Assembly: GCA_903813345.2 (NCBI GenBank)
Contig: CAIIXF020000001.1
Location: 10,292,001 to 10,356,000, forward strand
Direction: 5' to 3'
DNA: 64,000 nucleotides
Source: Owenia fusiformis
Lineage: Eukaryota
The notes beneath the pieces were generated by a model. That model was not told the origin of the DNA. It made no database searches and saw only the letters and a list, made by a program, of their open reading frames with translations. This document shows, piece after piece, positions 1 to 13,662 of this stretch. Position 1 is the stretch's first letter; the number at the start of each line of letters is the position of its first letter. Position numbers and translations under genes: made by a program.

Positions 1-2289
1 AATGATTCATCAGTCTGTTATCACACAAGATTAATTATATACAAATCTTTTGCACCCTGAGTGGCGTGTCTGAATCTTGCTTTACTGTTGTGAAATAAGT
101 ACCGATCTCTTTGAATGGTTGCCATTTTTTCAGTATTCACTTAGACTCACCACCATGTGGAATCAGCGGCTGTTCCACTGTCCTATAGGAGGAGTGGTTC
201 TATTCAGAAGATTAAAATGTATACAGCTGTATAATATAATATCTATATAATATATTTTCTAGGTTTTAGAGCATCCAGATTTTATTTAAAATCAAATTAA
301 TCCAGGGTTGTGTGTTTAAGTGTACTGTTTTTATTGAAATATAAAGTAAATTCAGCCTGGGAAATGGCACTATTCCCCACATTATACCTCACTTCATGTT
401 TCAAACTAACTTCTACACAATCTTTTTATCATACCACTGGTGAAATATTGGTGTCATGTTGGATTTTTAAATTTTTAGCCCTCATAAAGGATACCAAATT
501 TTACATGTGATTAACTTTTGGGGGATATCTTGTTTGCTGGCGGTCATTTTGGAACTTTTTTTTGATAAAACTTGTCATCCCGATTCCAAGAAAACCACTC
601 ATTAGATTCTTTCTTCATTCTTCAAATCATTCATTCATTCTTCAAATTCTTTCACATGATAGAGAATTCCAAATTCTAGAATTGATTATTTTTGGATGGC
701 CTCATGTTTTGGTGGTATGATTTCATTCATCTCATGGGCCTTGTTAAATTTCACTTTTTAAACAATCTGTTTCATCAGCAAGGGTTGATGGGGGGGGGGG
801 GGGTCATCACCATCATTTTCATGGTGGAAAGGGGAGGGGTGATCAAGCAGAGATCTAAATGCATGTAGAGTTTGGGATTTTTGAGATGACCCATTATGTA
901 GAAGATCAAGACCTTAATAGATTCCCATTATACTTCGTCAGCATCATGGGAAGGGATCTTTTAATCAGATCATCTTCCGATCATGCGAGTTCAGAATAAT
1001 TTTCCTTCCCCCTGCAGCAATCATATAGAATTATCCCCAATGTACCCTATCACATGGCAAAATTGCAGAACTTGTATATACTTAAATATTCAGCATGCTT
1101 GCATTGAATGGGCCTTCTGCAAACCCCTATTGGCACTTGCACAGTTTCTATTACACCTCTGTCTTGCATCAAGTCTCTTTCAAGTCTGCCCTATTATAGA
1201 TTTCCCCCTTATGTAGAAGGTGTGTATCTAAGTAGTGGGGGGAGGGGCAACATGGGCTTGATACAAGACTTATGAAGAGATAACTATAAGTGTTCTTTTT
1301 ATCTTAGAACTTTCCCATTTAATTGATTGATGCAAGGGGGAAGTTATTCTTGATGTTATTGAGATTGGCTTTTAACATAATGTCATGAATCTTTGCTTGT
1401 AGTTTCAGTCTCACCAGAATGCTTGTATTTAGCACTAATCAATCTAATGTATAATCTTCCATGTATAATTTCAGTCATTTAGAGAAAGAAGGGCTCAGTT
1501 TAAACACCTCTCATCAGTCTTTCCCTCTTGTTCAGTTCCATGGCTTAAGGCCTCTTGTCATAAATTGGCAGGGCCTTGTGTTATTACTATGGGTCTTATG
1601 TTCAACGGAGGCTACATTAATCATCTTATCATATATCCAAAAAAGCTAAGCACAAAGTTACATAATGCAAACATGAAGTCATATAGGTCCTAACCAAAAG
1701 TTACTCTGCTTTTGAGATGCAACAAGCTTATACATATACAGATACCTCTTGTGTTACACTATAGGCCTTGTGTGATACTTGTATGCCTTGTGTCATAACT
1801 AAAGGCCTTATAAGTGTATTCAGGCACATATTGACCCTAGGAACATGTTCCAAGCACCAGGCAAATGTAATCTGTAAAAAAGACAATGTTAAAACATTTG
1901 AAAATGAATTTGTATGTATGCACATCAACCTACCACATCTAGTTCTCATCTTTCTTTTGCATCTTCCTACTCCTTTATATGTCACAAACAACAAACAAGT
2001 GGTGACATATTGTTACAGCAACTGTTGTTGTGTGACCAGCATTCAGTATCTGCAACATATTGTTACACTTCTATAACCATTTGCTATAACATACCAGGTT
2101 ATGACATTTTTTCATGTTAATATGTTGTTATGTTCATTTTGTGGTGTTTTTGTTTTTTTATTTTATTTAAATACTATTGTTCAATTTTCCTTTGTAGCAC
2201 CCTTTCCGAATGGACATTTGATTTTGCACAGTTGCATCATGTATATTTTTATTTTAAAAATCTAAAATACTAAAGTGGATATTTTCTAG

Positions 2290-5200
2290 ATTCGCCGGTC
2301 GGTTCGCCATAGATTTCAAAGTAGCCCGCAGATGGCGTTGTTCTATGACATTATCACTACTATAACATCATTCATGGCCCTGGCGTATATAGGGATGCCA
2401 TTTGTAGTATTGGAGTTTATGGGAAGCTTATATGTGTACAGGTATTGTTTGTATGAACTACTATTACCTACACTACACAGGGTCTCGCTAGCTAATTAAA
2501 GGGTTGTGTCTTGTTTAGATTATTTACAGTATCAATGTTTATATTTACTACCTTGTTTCAATCACATTATTGCACCAAAATGGCAGTATATACAATTTAT
2601 GCCTTGTTTTGTTCAGTTCATAACAAGCAGATCACATCGTCAGTCACATTTGATCTACAGCAACCATACAGCGGCTGTGACTTCCTAAAATCGAGCGAAA
2701 TATGCAACATAAAATATATAGGGATTCAATACAATGTAGATTTTCTATATCGATTTTGTGAAGCTAGCCGCAGTACACCCACTGTTGAGCTAATTTGACT
2801 GAGGCTTTTACTCTTGTTTTGGATGACATCTAAACCCTTGGATGACTTCTAAACTCTAAGTTCAATTGACTTAATTTTGATTTCCACTCCATTGGTGCGA
2901 TAATTTGCTGTCTGTTTATGCTCAGCTTAAACGGGTATTTTGTAAAAACTTAGACAGAACAAGGTAGTTTTTCATTTAGTTTTTTTTGTATCCTAATCCA
3001 TGCTTTTTCTGTTCATTTTGTGGGGGTAATAAACCATTTTTGACCTATCACCTATCCAAGTGTTGACTGATGAAATTATATCTGAATACTGTAAAACGAG
3101 ACCAAACATGAGGTTTTCAGGGGGGGGGGTATCATTAACTGATTATTAATCCAATCACTAATATTTGAATTCCTTTATTCCTTTAACTTTTCATTTCATT
3201 TCGTTTAGTTTTTTTGTTTCCTTATCCATGCTTTTTCTGTTCAGTTTTTGGGGGTAATAAACCATACTTAACCTATCCAGAAATTGGCTGTTGAAATAAT
3301 ATTTCATAACTGTAAACCGAGACCAAAGTTGAGATTTTCAGAGAGAAATCATTTTACCTGTCAATATTTATAAATTTTTAATATAACTTTTAACTTTATA
3401 TAACTTTTATCGCTTGTCCAAATTAGTCCATATTTTGAATGATTTTGCTTTATGGCTGCCATGTGCATAGTCACTTTTATATTGAAGTTTTTTTCAAAAA
3501 TGTTTTAAAATTCAAATTAGCCTCCATTTTATATTGAAATGTATGATGTTTTTAATTTAAAGGTCGCATCCAAAGTTTGAAAATATGTTTTCACAATTCA
3601 TTTATTTACTATTGTTCTTGACTTTAAAAGTTATTTGTGAGATATTTGAAAAAATTGTTTTTAAGATAAAGTTGTCAGATTTTTATTTCTCAAATATTCA
3701 TATTTCCCGCCCTTTTTCAAATAATCTTTTTTAGTCGTCAAATATTCTACTCTACAGTGCAAAATACATTATCTTTTTAACACCATTGTGAAAATTGAAC
3801 AAAGGACGTACTATTTCAATAATAAAATGTCATATTATATGTGCCACTTAGATGTTTTAGCATTCTGCATTCTGAGTGACATAATGATGATTTTCTAACG
3901 AGGTTGAAAGAAGAATAGATACATCTTGAACCACTTTCATGCATGGATGAGTTAATTTCTCGCTTATTTATGAACCAATTTTCTTTTTTTCCATTTTTTA
4001 GACCAAAACATGTGATGACAAATGCTTAGTCTTGGTATGGATTATAGCTTATTGATGAGTGACCTCTAAAATTTTATTTTAAAAAAGCTCATTTTCGAGC
4101 AAAAAGTCCTTCAAAAACCACTTTTTCCTAAAAAGAATTTGAAACATTGGATAAGACTTCAATGTAAGCCAGAGTGGTTTAAACTTTACATGGGGCCTTT
4201 AAATATTATTCCATAGATTAATACATTTGAGGCAATTTTGAATTGTGGTACGTGCCACCCACTTTCATGTAGCACCACTCACGTGTGATGTAACACCGCT
4301 CATTTTAATCTACAGCGGTACTAACATGGACATGGGGGTAAAAGGCCTGGGTTTATTAAAGATTGGAACAGTGTTTATGTTCCAATGCAATGATGAAAGT
4401 ATGTTAGGGACATATCTGTCTGCCTATCCATTCATTTCATCCATATTTCTGGTAGAGAAAGAATTATCTGCAAAACACACATTTTTACCACCACTTTAAT
4501 AAGCATGCTAAAAGGGATGCTTTTTCTATTTTATTAAGTCACTACCAAGAAGGGTGACAATATAGCTACAGACTGGCATTCAGAGTCGAGCATCTGTAAC
4601 TTTCCACTTCTTGCAATTATCTGGAATATCTCAAAAGATGTTCAGATTGCCTTGAAATTTTAATACTACCAGTTCTCATTTTTTATGCAAAATATTCTAA
4701 ACCTAAATTTTAGGCAATACAGGTTATCAGTCCTCAGATTTTGGGCAATACAGGTTACCAGTCCTCAGATTTTAGGCAATACAGGTTACCAGTCCTCAGA
4801 TTTTAGACAATACAGGTAACCAGTCCTCAGATTTTAGGCAATACAGGTTACCAGTCCTCAGATTTTAGACAATACAGGTTACCAGTCCTCAGATTTTAGG
4901 CAATACAGGTTATCAGTCCTCAGATTTTAGGCAATACAGGTTACCAGTCCTCAGATTTTGGGCAATACAGGTTACCAGTCCTTAGATTTTAGGCAATACA
5001 GGTTATCAGTCCTCAGGTTTTAAGCAATACAGGTTATCAGTCCTCAGAGTTTAGGCAATACAGGTTACCAGTCCTCAGATTTTAGACAATACAGGTTACC
5101 AGTCCTCAGATTTTAGGCAATACAGATTACCAGTCCTCAGATTTTAGGCAATACAGATTATCAGTCCTCAGATTTTAGGCAATACAGGTTACCAGTCCTC

Positions 5201-8200
5201 AGATTTTAGGCAATTTAAGTTACCAGTCCTCAGATTTTAGGCTGCTTTGAAACACCTATAGACATTTAATGAGTACCCGGAGTAACTGTTTTCTAGTTTC
5301 AGCATATTAAACAGAAAACAGTGGTTTAATCTTGTGCTTGTCTCTTTATGTTTGATTCAGACTGGTTAAAATAAGGTTCACATATTGTATCAAGCTCATA
5401 TAAGAATCCATATTTGTTCATCATCTCACTGCCTTGAATCTGTTGAAGTGGGTATGCATTTGCAGAAACTGTTTTTTTTAATATCTTTTCCATATTTCCT
5501 GGTGATTTTCAGTATGCTTTTTATATTATTCACTTTTATTCAGTCATTTTTTTGCTCTTTCCACGTGCTTTGCAATGTAACATCTTATCCCCTCCGTATT
5601 TTCAACTGTATTTAGCTATTCCTAGACTCCATTGTGAGTGATATTTAAGTTGATTGTTTCTCAAAATATCTCATAATGATATAATTATCTTTTATTTACA
5701 TCTGCTATATAAATGTCTTTGTAAAGTACACATTCTATACATAAATGTGTGCTTTAAGTTATTTCTCTGCCTTGGTTTTGATTCTTTACCTTACATTCAC
5801 TTTTTTCAATTTTTTCTTTCTCTTTATTTAATGATTCTTTTCTTATTATTAACTTATGGTTTCAATGCCTGCATGCCAAGGTTTTTGCATATTTTTTTTG
5901 CATGAATCTCAAGCTACTTCATTATATATTTGTCACTCAGAGTATCCATCCTTTGTACTCCTCAAAATAAGGGCTTTTGGAGGATTTTCTACTCACCTAT
6001 CATCACTTATATATTACATAAAATCTTGGGCATTTTTGATTATGAAAAGATGAGGTACCGTGCGTCAGGTGCTTGTTAGATGTTCATCAAGGGAAATTTG
6101 TGAATGTTTTTCAATTTGCTTCCCATCCCTCCCCCCATCCCCATCTGGCTCTGTCCTGGAGATAACATGCATGGACTTGTTAGAAAAAGCCTTCTAATAA
6201 ACTTCAGGTTTCAGACAAACACCTTGACCCAAGTTTCTTCAATATAAGTGATATCTCTAGTATTAAATCAAGCGTGTGCAGCACTTATTTGAGATTTTGA
6301 AAATAGGCTTGTTTCACTTGAAAACCTATTGAAACCACTGAAAAATGACTAAGACTGGTATTTCTGGCATTGTGTCACTTGCATCAGTTAGAGGAAATAT
6401 AATACTAGAGAAGAGGAAATAATACTAGAGAAGAACACTGGTGAAGGAACATGGGGATGAGTTCTGGAATGATGTATCGGAGGATTATTTGGAAAAAGAA
6501 GTTGCATGACATGATAGGCTTGCCATGTTGTGTAGCTTTTGCTGTAAAAATGTCTGTATGTGCTGGCAAAATGCCTGTATACAGTGTGCATACAGAAACG
6601 CAAAAAAAAAAAAAAAATCGTAAAACCACAAAATCAATGATGACTGCATCGATTTGAATGTACCATGAAGCCATGTTTCTCTTCTTTTTAAAGATATGTC
6701 ATTCAGTCACATAAGGTCATGGTTGGCTGAATAATCATACATTTCGTTCAATGGGCCAAAGTTGGTGAATGTACCAAGTTTTAGACATTGCAAAGGTCAC
6801 GGGGCCAGTGCTATTGGAAGAAGGTGTGGCATCAACAGTTAAGTGTTCATAATCATACTCTTGCATTACATTTCATATCCCTCCATATGGCCACCATTTT
6901 TTGCACACATAGATGGACTCATCTCTCCATGTCATGCATGGCTCTTTGAGTCTTCTATGGGAACAGCAATCCATTGGTGATTTCTTTTCGAAGTGTTGCA
7001 ATATCTGGTAGAGGAGTGATGATTATTTTGCTCTTGAGATAGCTCCAAAGGAAAAAGTTAGAACAATTCAGGCCAGGAGATCTTCCAATAGCACCAGGCA
7101 GAAGCACTGACTTTTGCGATGTCTAAAACTTAGCTGACTTAGGCCCACTGTGCAAAAGGAATGATTATTCATCCAACCATTACCACAGGTACATGAATGA
7201 AATATCATCGAAAATAGGAAAAACTTGGCTTAACGGTACATTGAATGAAATGCAGTCATTTCTGGTTTCTTGGTTTTACGATTTATTTTGCTATTTTTTA
7301 TGAGCACTGTATATGTGCGTTTTCCTGCTCCATGCTTGAGTATACAGTATTATATAGCTACATGTATGAGTATACAGTACTGTACTGCTGCATGTTTGAG
7401 TATATAATAATATATAATATATAGCTACATGTTAAAGTATACAGTGCTATACTGCTACTACTAATAAATTGTTGATTATTTATGTTAACTGCTCTTCTTT
7501 TTCTTTTTCAATAATAAGCATGTTTACATTTTGATAAAGATTAAAACTTAAATATTTAATTTATTATTATTGGCTAAAATCATTTTAGAAATATATGATC
7601 ATTATATAATACAAAAGTCTTGGAATTAAAATTTTTAGATGATGATCGAGTTTGATTAAAATGATTATTTTTATTCAGAAATAACTTAAAAACTTTATTA
7701 AACATGTATAGCTTACCCTTGAATAAGATGATATAAGATGATCATGATCATCGTTGTATTACTCTTTTTAAAGATTAACTTCAACTAACCTTGGATCAAA
7801 CATACCTCCCCCATTTCTTGACTTACAGGGAAGCAGATTGTGAGTGGAAAGTTGAGACAATGATTCAGGCCCGTAACCAGCTTTTGCCAAGGGCAAAAAA
7901 ATTCCAGGGGGTTCAGATTTGAGCATTTTGGCCCAAAATCACTTGAAAGTGAAAGAATTTTTGACCAGGGGTCAAGGGGTGTGACCTGGTGATTTGATGA
8001 AAACTAATTCGATGAATGCCATCGATAACGTTGAAATAACTGAAAATGGTTTCAAGAATTAAATACAAGTAAGCGCAATAGTAAAAAGAAAATGAAAAAA
8101 TGATTTGAATCGCTATAATACAAATAAAAAATAAAGCCTTCTTTTCCTTGCCGAAACCCGAGATTGAACCAGGGACCTTTAGATTCCTGGCATATCAAGG

Positions 8201-9080
8201 ATAGCAGCCGCTTCAGTCTAACGCTCTCCCAACTGAGCTATTTCGGCGGTGGCTTGTCATTACACATTTATAGCCTTAATTGTAGTAGCATACAATTGAT
8301 ATGTATAAATGATTAATGTCAATTTTAAGTGATCGTGTTGACATTAATCACTAGTGTTTTAACATAAGGTTTACATCAATTGGATTATGTGTTGATCGAA
8401 CCTGAAAACAATTAGCTATTCAAAAATCCATGCACAGTGCATTGATATATGGAAAAATACATTCATATTTTATACGCATAACGTTTCTATATTTTTTGAT
8501 TTACTTGTGATTTTGCAAATAAAATTGGTGATTTTCTATCTTTATGGTTCTCTGACATGTTTTTTCAAAAAATAACATGGTTGATTCTTTGAATGAAACT
8601 CTCTAAATCGCAAGAGGCCACAGGTTAAAGTACGTTGAAGGTTTTAGAGGGAAGAAAGTGTCGAGATGCAAGGCTAGATGAAGTTCTTAACACATAGTTG
8701 AACAACTCTCACATAACCATTTAGACTTTACATTTTCACCCTAGAAATGTTGAGCATTTATAAAAATAAATAAAAAGAGCAAATTAATATTGGATTTTAT
8801 ATAATAAAAGAAGTTGAATTTACTTATCTATCAAACATTATAATCAATCTGTGTAATAGTTCAGAAAGGAATGGTTTTATATGGGTGTTGTTCACGTTGA
8901 CAGAATGTTGCATGTTACTTGATATCAAACTTGATGTCATTTCTTTCATGTTTCAGGTCATTGTACTTCTACATGCACATTGGCAGTCTGCTCGTCCTGT
9001 TAATCTTACCAGCCAAGCCTGCCTCCAGACCACCAAAAGATGGTGCCACTGTAGCAGAACCCGAGAAAAAGACCTCATGA
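2290..9080 (+). CDS. MBOAT1: MBOAT1/2-like lysophospholipid acyltransferase, 3' partial (last two coding exons 2290-2441 and 8957-9080; upstream exons lie before the window)
   Basis: Both exons have canonical splice sites and join in frame: IRRSVRHRFQSSPQMALFYDIITTITSFMALAYIGMPFVVLEFMGSLYVYR|SLYFYMHIGSLLVLLILPAK...EPEKKTS*. This resembles the MBOAT1/2 C-terminus (YD..T.....YT..PF..L......Y.S.YF.LH) and ends in a KKxx ER-retrieval motif. MBOAT1 versus MBOAT2 is not resolvable. Confidence 0.85.
2969..3340. repeat. Imperfect direct duplication, ~150-bp conserved block at ~230-bp spacing
   Basis: Block atccatgctttttctgttca...gggggtaataaaccat...accgagaccaaa...ttttcag occurs at ~2995-3120 and again at ~3225-3341. 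Confidence 0.7.
4707..5241. repeat. 31-bp minisatellite, ~17 copies (ATTTTAGGCAATACAGGTTACCAGTCCTCAG)
   Basis: Head-to-tail near-identical units with no spacers, in the last MBOAT intron. Confidence 0.95.
6582..7309. mobile_element. Tc1/mariner-type non-autonomous element (MITE) with long imperfect TIRs
   Basis: TA|CAGTG...CACTG|TA termini. The left ~200 bp (atcgtaaaacc...gactgcat...aatgtacc...ggttggctgaataatcat) is the reverse complement of the right end. Confidence 0.75.
8149..8247 (-). tRNA. tRNA-Phe: tRNA-Phe(GAA) with a 26-nt intron (8185-8210) at canonical position 37/38
   Basis: Reverse complement is GCCGAAATAGCTCAGTTGGGAGAGCGTTAGACTGAAG[CGGCTGCTATCCTTGATATGCCAGGA]ATCTAAAGGTCCCTGGTTCAATCTCGGGTTTCGGCA. 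The exons match the metazoan tRNA-Phe sequence, and a T-run terminator lies downstream. C61->T in the T-stem/B-box. Confidence 0.93.
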
Positions 9081-9285
9081 TGATAGCCCCAATAGGGAAA
9101 AACATTCTAGGATATTATCAAATAATATGACCCTATTGAATTCTAATATTGTATTGCATTTCTAAAAAGAGATGTTTGAATGTTATGTTTAAATGGGTAT
9201 GTGTTTACCTATAAAATGCCCACTTCGTTTCATACACAAAAATTACATGAGCCACATACTGTTTAAAATGTATCAATGTGCATTT

Positions 9286-9420
9286 TTATGTCACCACCAA
9301 AAGTGATGACATACTGTATAGTTATGGTCTCCAATTTTTTTGTGACGGCATTTGGCATCTTTGCATTGGGCGTCTGTCACAAAGGGTAGGTGGTGACATT
9401 TTGCATGTTAATGCCTTGTA
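9286..9420 (+). mobile_element. Short Helentron-type non-autonomous element (HINE-like); family dispersed through the window
   Basis: 5' T-run + ATGTCACCACC...GTGATGACAT hairpin, and a 3' GGTGGTGACATTTTGCATGTTAATGCCTTGT end. Related copies at ~2000-2120, 10480-10610, 15480-15530, 36595-36715, 42060-42175, 54545-54675, 55375-55510, 58560-58655 and 63020. Confidence 0.65.
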
Positions 9421-10478
9421 GCATGCTCCAATAAAATGTCGACTTTGAAGATTTGAACAGAAGATTTTCATGATCAGTTGGCTTGGTAGATCAGTTTGCA
9501 CATGGGCTGTCAATTAGTTGAATTCTAGTTGAAAGCCCATGGTTTGCATAAGGCATTCGGAAGTAAAAAAGGAATGTACAATGATTATTTGTAAAATATG
9601 TTGATGTATGCAGAAAAATAGTCAGTTTGTTAGATTTAGCAAATAGCTAACCTTGTGCGTGTTATGTATCTTTACCAAACCTTATTACGGACTCCATAAT
9701 GATAAAAATGCGATATTTGACATTTTTAATTTCTTAAATATAAATAACTGTGATGTAAACTGGCCTTGGTTTAAGCTGCATACAAGAATTTTCTACTATA
9801 TCAGCAGAAAATCATGAGTTCTGGAATTAAATTCTTTGACAACTTGCCTGAGATGTAAAACTAGCCTAACAATTTTCAAAATGAAATAATTAATAACCTC
9901 CTCTATTGAGCATGGGAGAAAGGATACTGAAGGCATAAGCAGTTTACAGGGTGGGCCCAATTAATGTACGATGGTAAATCATCAAAATTGTAACATGTAT
10001 CAGTTATTTTGCCATTGACAATCCAAAAGTTTGTCAAATGCAATTGAAATGTGCCATTTGCCTAAACATGTACATGTACAGTTATGGTGTAATAATGTGT
10101 AGTTCATCTGAAATGTTCCATTAGCCTATACATGGCACTATGGTGTAATTTTGTGTAGTGCATTAGAAATATCCCACTTGCCTATACATGGTGTAATTTT
10201 GTGTAGTGGATTTGAAATATCCCATTAATTGAGTAAACAAAATTACCCAAAACATGGCATTAAGGGCAATTTGTTAAATATTTAAAGATGAGATGTACAA
10301 AAGTATGTTACTGTATGTTCTTACTGTGTTTATGTTTAGTATACTTCATATACTAGTTCATGTAATGTAATGATGGTAGAGACACTGACACCAACATATG
10401 ATTTTTTTTTATTCTGTTTATATCAGACTTCTGTTTATTTTACTCACTTTAATTTACGACTTCCATTTCAGTTTAATT

Positions 10479-10610
10479 TTTATGTCACCACCACAAGTGG
10501 TGACATATTGTTATGTTCTCCAACTGTGGTGACGGGTGGCATTTGGAGTTCCGTGTCTGTAACACGGAAAAAATGGGAGATGGTGACATTTTGCATGTTA
10601 ATGCCTTGTT
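10479..10610 (+). mobile_element. Short HINE-like element, second full copy
   Basis: tttttatgtcaccaccacaagtggtgacatattgttatg...tctgtaac...tggtgacattttgcatgttaatgccttgtt. Confidence 0.65.
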
Positions 10611-10994
10611 GATGGTTGCAACTGGAATATAAAGGGTGGAGACATACTTAGAATTTCTGTATCTTGTTTTCACATGCTGGACATAATGTAATTCATGATC
10701 AATTATCATAATTATGGTATTTTTACATTTTTTTTAAAATGGTGTAATTAATAGCATTTGTAATATAATCCTGTGATTTAAGTTATACACAAAATAAATG
10801 AAGTATATTGAATTTGGTTATCAAAAGTTATTCTCTTCTGTTTTTGATTACAAGTAAGTCCCATTTAAAAGTATTCATCACTGATAGGGCTACATCTAAA
10901 AAACAAGGCTAGAAATTAGGCTCATTAAGTTGTTATGGGTAAGGACTGGGATGGGAGAGACCTTTTCAATGGACCTCACGGTGTGAATTGCTTG

Positions 10995-11175
10995 GTCGCA
11001 TGTTTTTAACAAAAAACGACTCATTCAAACGCACACAGACGCCAAAGTTTGTGTAAATGGCACCCCTGTGGTGCTCTATCGATTGACCGGAACGAGTGTA
11101 ACTGAGAAAGTTGGCATAGGGGTATTAAAAGGTTTAAGTGCGCTTGAATGAGCTGTTATTGTTGAAACATGTGAG
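10995..11175. mobile_element. Short MITE with ~38-bp imperfect inverted repeats
   Basis: cgcatgtttttaacaaaaaacgactcattcaaacgcac pairs with gtgcgcttgaatgagctgttattgttgaaacatgtg. Confidence 0.55.
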
Positions 11176-11181
11176 CATGTA

Positions 11182-11415
11182 CAGTGCTCACCATAAATTA
11201 ATGACAGCTGGATTTGCTGAAGTGAGGATTTCCCATGTTAAAAAGAAGAGAATTTTCAAAAGGCTATACATCAGTGGATGAGAGTATACAAAATGTAAAA
11301 TATACAAAACTTAAGGGATGTGTATCTAGGCATCATTGGAAAGTATGAAGTCTCAAATCATTATGATCTGGAAATGGTGATATAAAATCCAGGTGTCATT
11401 TATTTATGGTGAGCT
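11182..11415. mobile_element. Tc1/mariner-like MITE
   Basis: TA|CAGTGCTCACCATAAATTAATGACAGCTGGATTT at left; inverted aaatccaggtgtcatttatttatggtgagc at right, with the right tip degenerate. Confidence 0.6.
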
Positions 11416-11761
11416 CTTTAATTTGCATCGCGGAGCTTTTTGTTCTTTTTCGTGATACCTGCTGACAAGGCTCATTAATGCCTTGGTCACCTTTGCTCCA
11501 AGTTTCACTACGTCGCCCCGGCGATTGAGTATTTTGTTCAAAATTGAATACAATATTGAAAAAAACACTTAATCGGACGGGCGCTAGCCGATGCATTCAA
11601 GCATATGTGACCCAGGCATTACCAAGGCATATGTCCTGCGCGGGTGGATTGCGCCCACTGGCATACAAAAATGCACCCTGAGACTGCCATATTTTGCCAA
11701 TCAAATCAAAAGAACCATGGTTGATTAGGTTGATTTATGATTCATAGGTTGTTGATAGTCA

Positions 11762-12560
11762 TTTTTGGCTCACACAGTGAGCCTATGGGATCGACCAGGC
11801 GTCCGTCCGTTAGTCCGTCCGTCCGTTGGTCCATCCGTCAACATTGGCCGCACAAATTAAAACTGCTATTCGGATTGAGTCATATCCACAGTCATTTTAT
11901 GCATATCCATAATGCCTATTTGACCTATCATCGCCATTTCCCAAGTTCGCCCGGTTTCCAAGAAATTGCGGATTTTGACATCAAAAAGTCAAATTTTCTG
12001 TAAATACTAGACACTTTGTTGAAGTAGAACTTTCAAATAACTTGTAGTTGTTGCTGTATATGCAACTTATTTCCTCTGAAGATTTCAAAGCTCTTGGAAT
12101 TACAGTTTTTGGTGTTTACTCTATAAAATTTGACAAAAAGTAGGACTTCCCAACTTGCTTCAATTTCACCAAATTCTTTTTGAAAATCATCTACAAGTTA
12201 CCAGGAGTTCAAATCTGACATTAGTTTTAGGATTTGACCTTTACTTGACCTTCAGTGACCTTTGAAAGGTCAAAAAAGTTTTTTGGATGTAAATTTTGGT
12301 CAGCTTAATCACAAAAGACCTTACTGAGCTCTGAATATGTAAAATTTTCAAGGTCAAAGGTCATCAAACTAGGTCACACAACTGTGCTATCTAAGTTTCT
12401 CAAAGTTCGAGACTACAAATCCAAAACAATATTTTTGTTTGAAAGTCAGGATATACATTCTTCGAAGGTTCCAAACTGTGTGGGCACAGGACCGTGGGTC
12501 CTATTTTTTATTATACAAAAGTCAAAGTTTTTCAAAATGAGCAAAAGGTATTCTAATGTC
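11762..12560 (+). mobile_element. HINE/DINE-like Helentron-derived element (GCTCAC...GTGAGC subterminal hairpin, (CCGT)n microsatellite)
   Basis: tttttggctcacacagtgagcc followed by gtccgtccgt repeats. The internal module caacttgcttca...aatcatctac...tcaaatctgac...gatttgacc...aggtcaaaaa is shared with the satellite at 63180-64000. The 3' end is approximate. Confidence 0.6.
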
Positions 12561-13162
12561 TGTTTGGGAGCATTGCTTCCCATGACATATGAATCTTAAA
12601 ATGTAATTCATGACGTTTGAATCTAAACAATGTAATCCAGTTTCCTATGACATGAAATGTAATCTAGTTTTCTATGCTATAGGAATCTTAAAAATGTAAT
12701 CCAGTTTCTTCTTATTCTGGAAACATGTTCTTTTGTCTTCAACCTATAACACTCACTTATTTATTGAGCTACGGTTTCAACAACCAGAACCTATTTTGTA
12801 ATATTAAAAAGGACTGTATTTAATTGGACGATCTTTTGGAAATGGGAGTCAGAAATGAGTGTAAAGAAAGAACTTTCACTTGAATTTTAAAACATTTTTA
12901 AAATTGAATTTTAAAACGTTTTTAAAATTGGGAACTTTCTCCAACTTTCATTATTCCACACTTTACCCTTTAAGCATGCAACTTGAAAATTTTAATGAAA
13001 TAATGAAACAAAGCACTCATTGATAGATAGCAAAATTGCCATCGTGTATTTACCCAAAACCAAATCAGATAGCGGCCCTCGTCTGCTCTTACATCTGTAA
13101 AAATCTGTAAGAATTTGAAGTTGAATGGATAAGTAGTTTTCCTAGTTTGATGACAAGATTTA

Positions 13163-13552
13163 CTGTACTCCTGGTAGTTTCGGGAATTTTGAGAAAACAC
13201 AATTTCGCGGCTATTAAATTTCGCGGATTTCACTAGTTAAAATTTCATTATTCTCTGAATCCTCAAGCTTCTGTAAATAAAGTAACCTCATGTACAGTAA
13301 CACCTCTGTTACATTGTTATTTTTCATATATTTGATCTAATAAGACACTGTAAAAGACATTGTTGCTTAGAATCCCATTTAGAGCCTAATAAAACTGAAC
13401 AAACATTTTACAAATCACAAAACGCAATGGAGAATGAATTTCACAAATCCCGGGTATTTAATTGACAATTACAAAGATTAATTTTTGCGATTTTACCACA
13501 ATTGCGAAAAAGCGTGAAACTAAATCACACCCGAAAAATACCAGGAGTACAG
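13163..13552. mobile_element. MITE with TA target duplication
   Basis: TA|CTGTACTCCTGGTA ... TACCAGGAGTACAG|TA. Confidence 0.8.
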
Positions 13553-13662
13553 TATGTCATGTATGTGTTCTATATATATGCACACCCATCAGCACAAGAC
13601 GATGACAATCAACACTTTTTCAAGGTGTGATAATCCAGAGATCTCATAGTAGTCCACATAAA

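Noticed and set aside
31-125. Short minus-strand ORF MATIQRD...
   Set aside because: Only 30 codons, with no supporting homology or downstream exons.
4707-5241. CRISPR-like appearance of 28-32-bp repeat arrays (also 18685-19113 and 25718-26072)
   Set aside because: Units are directly adjacent with no unique spacers, there are no cas genes, and the context is eukaryotic introns.
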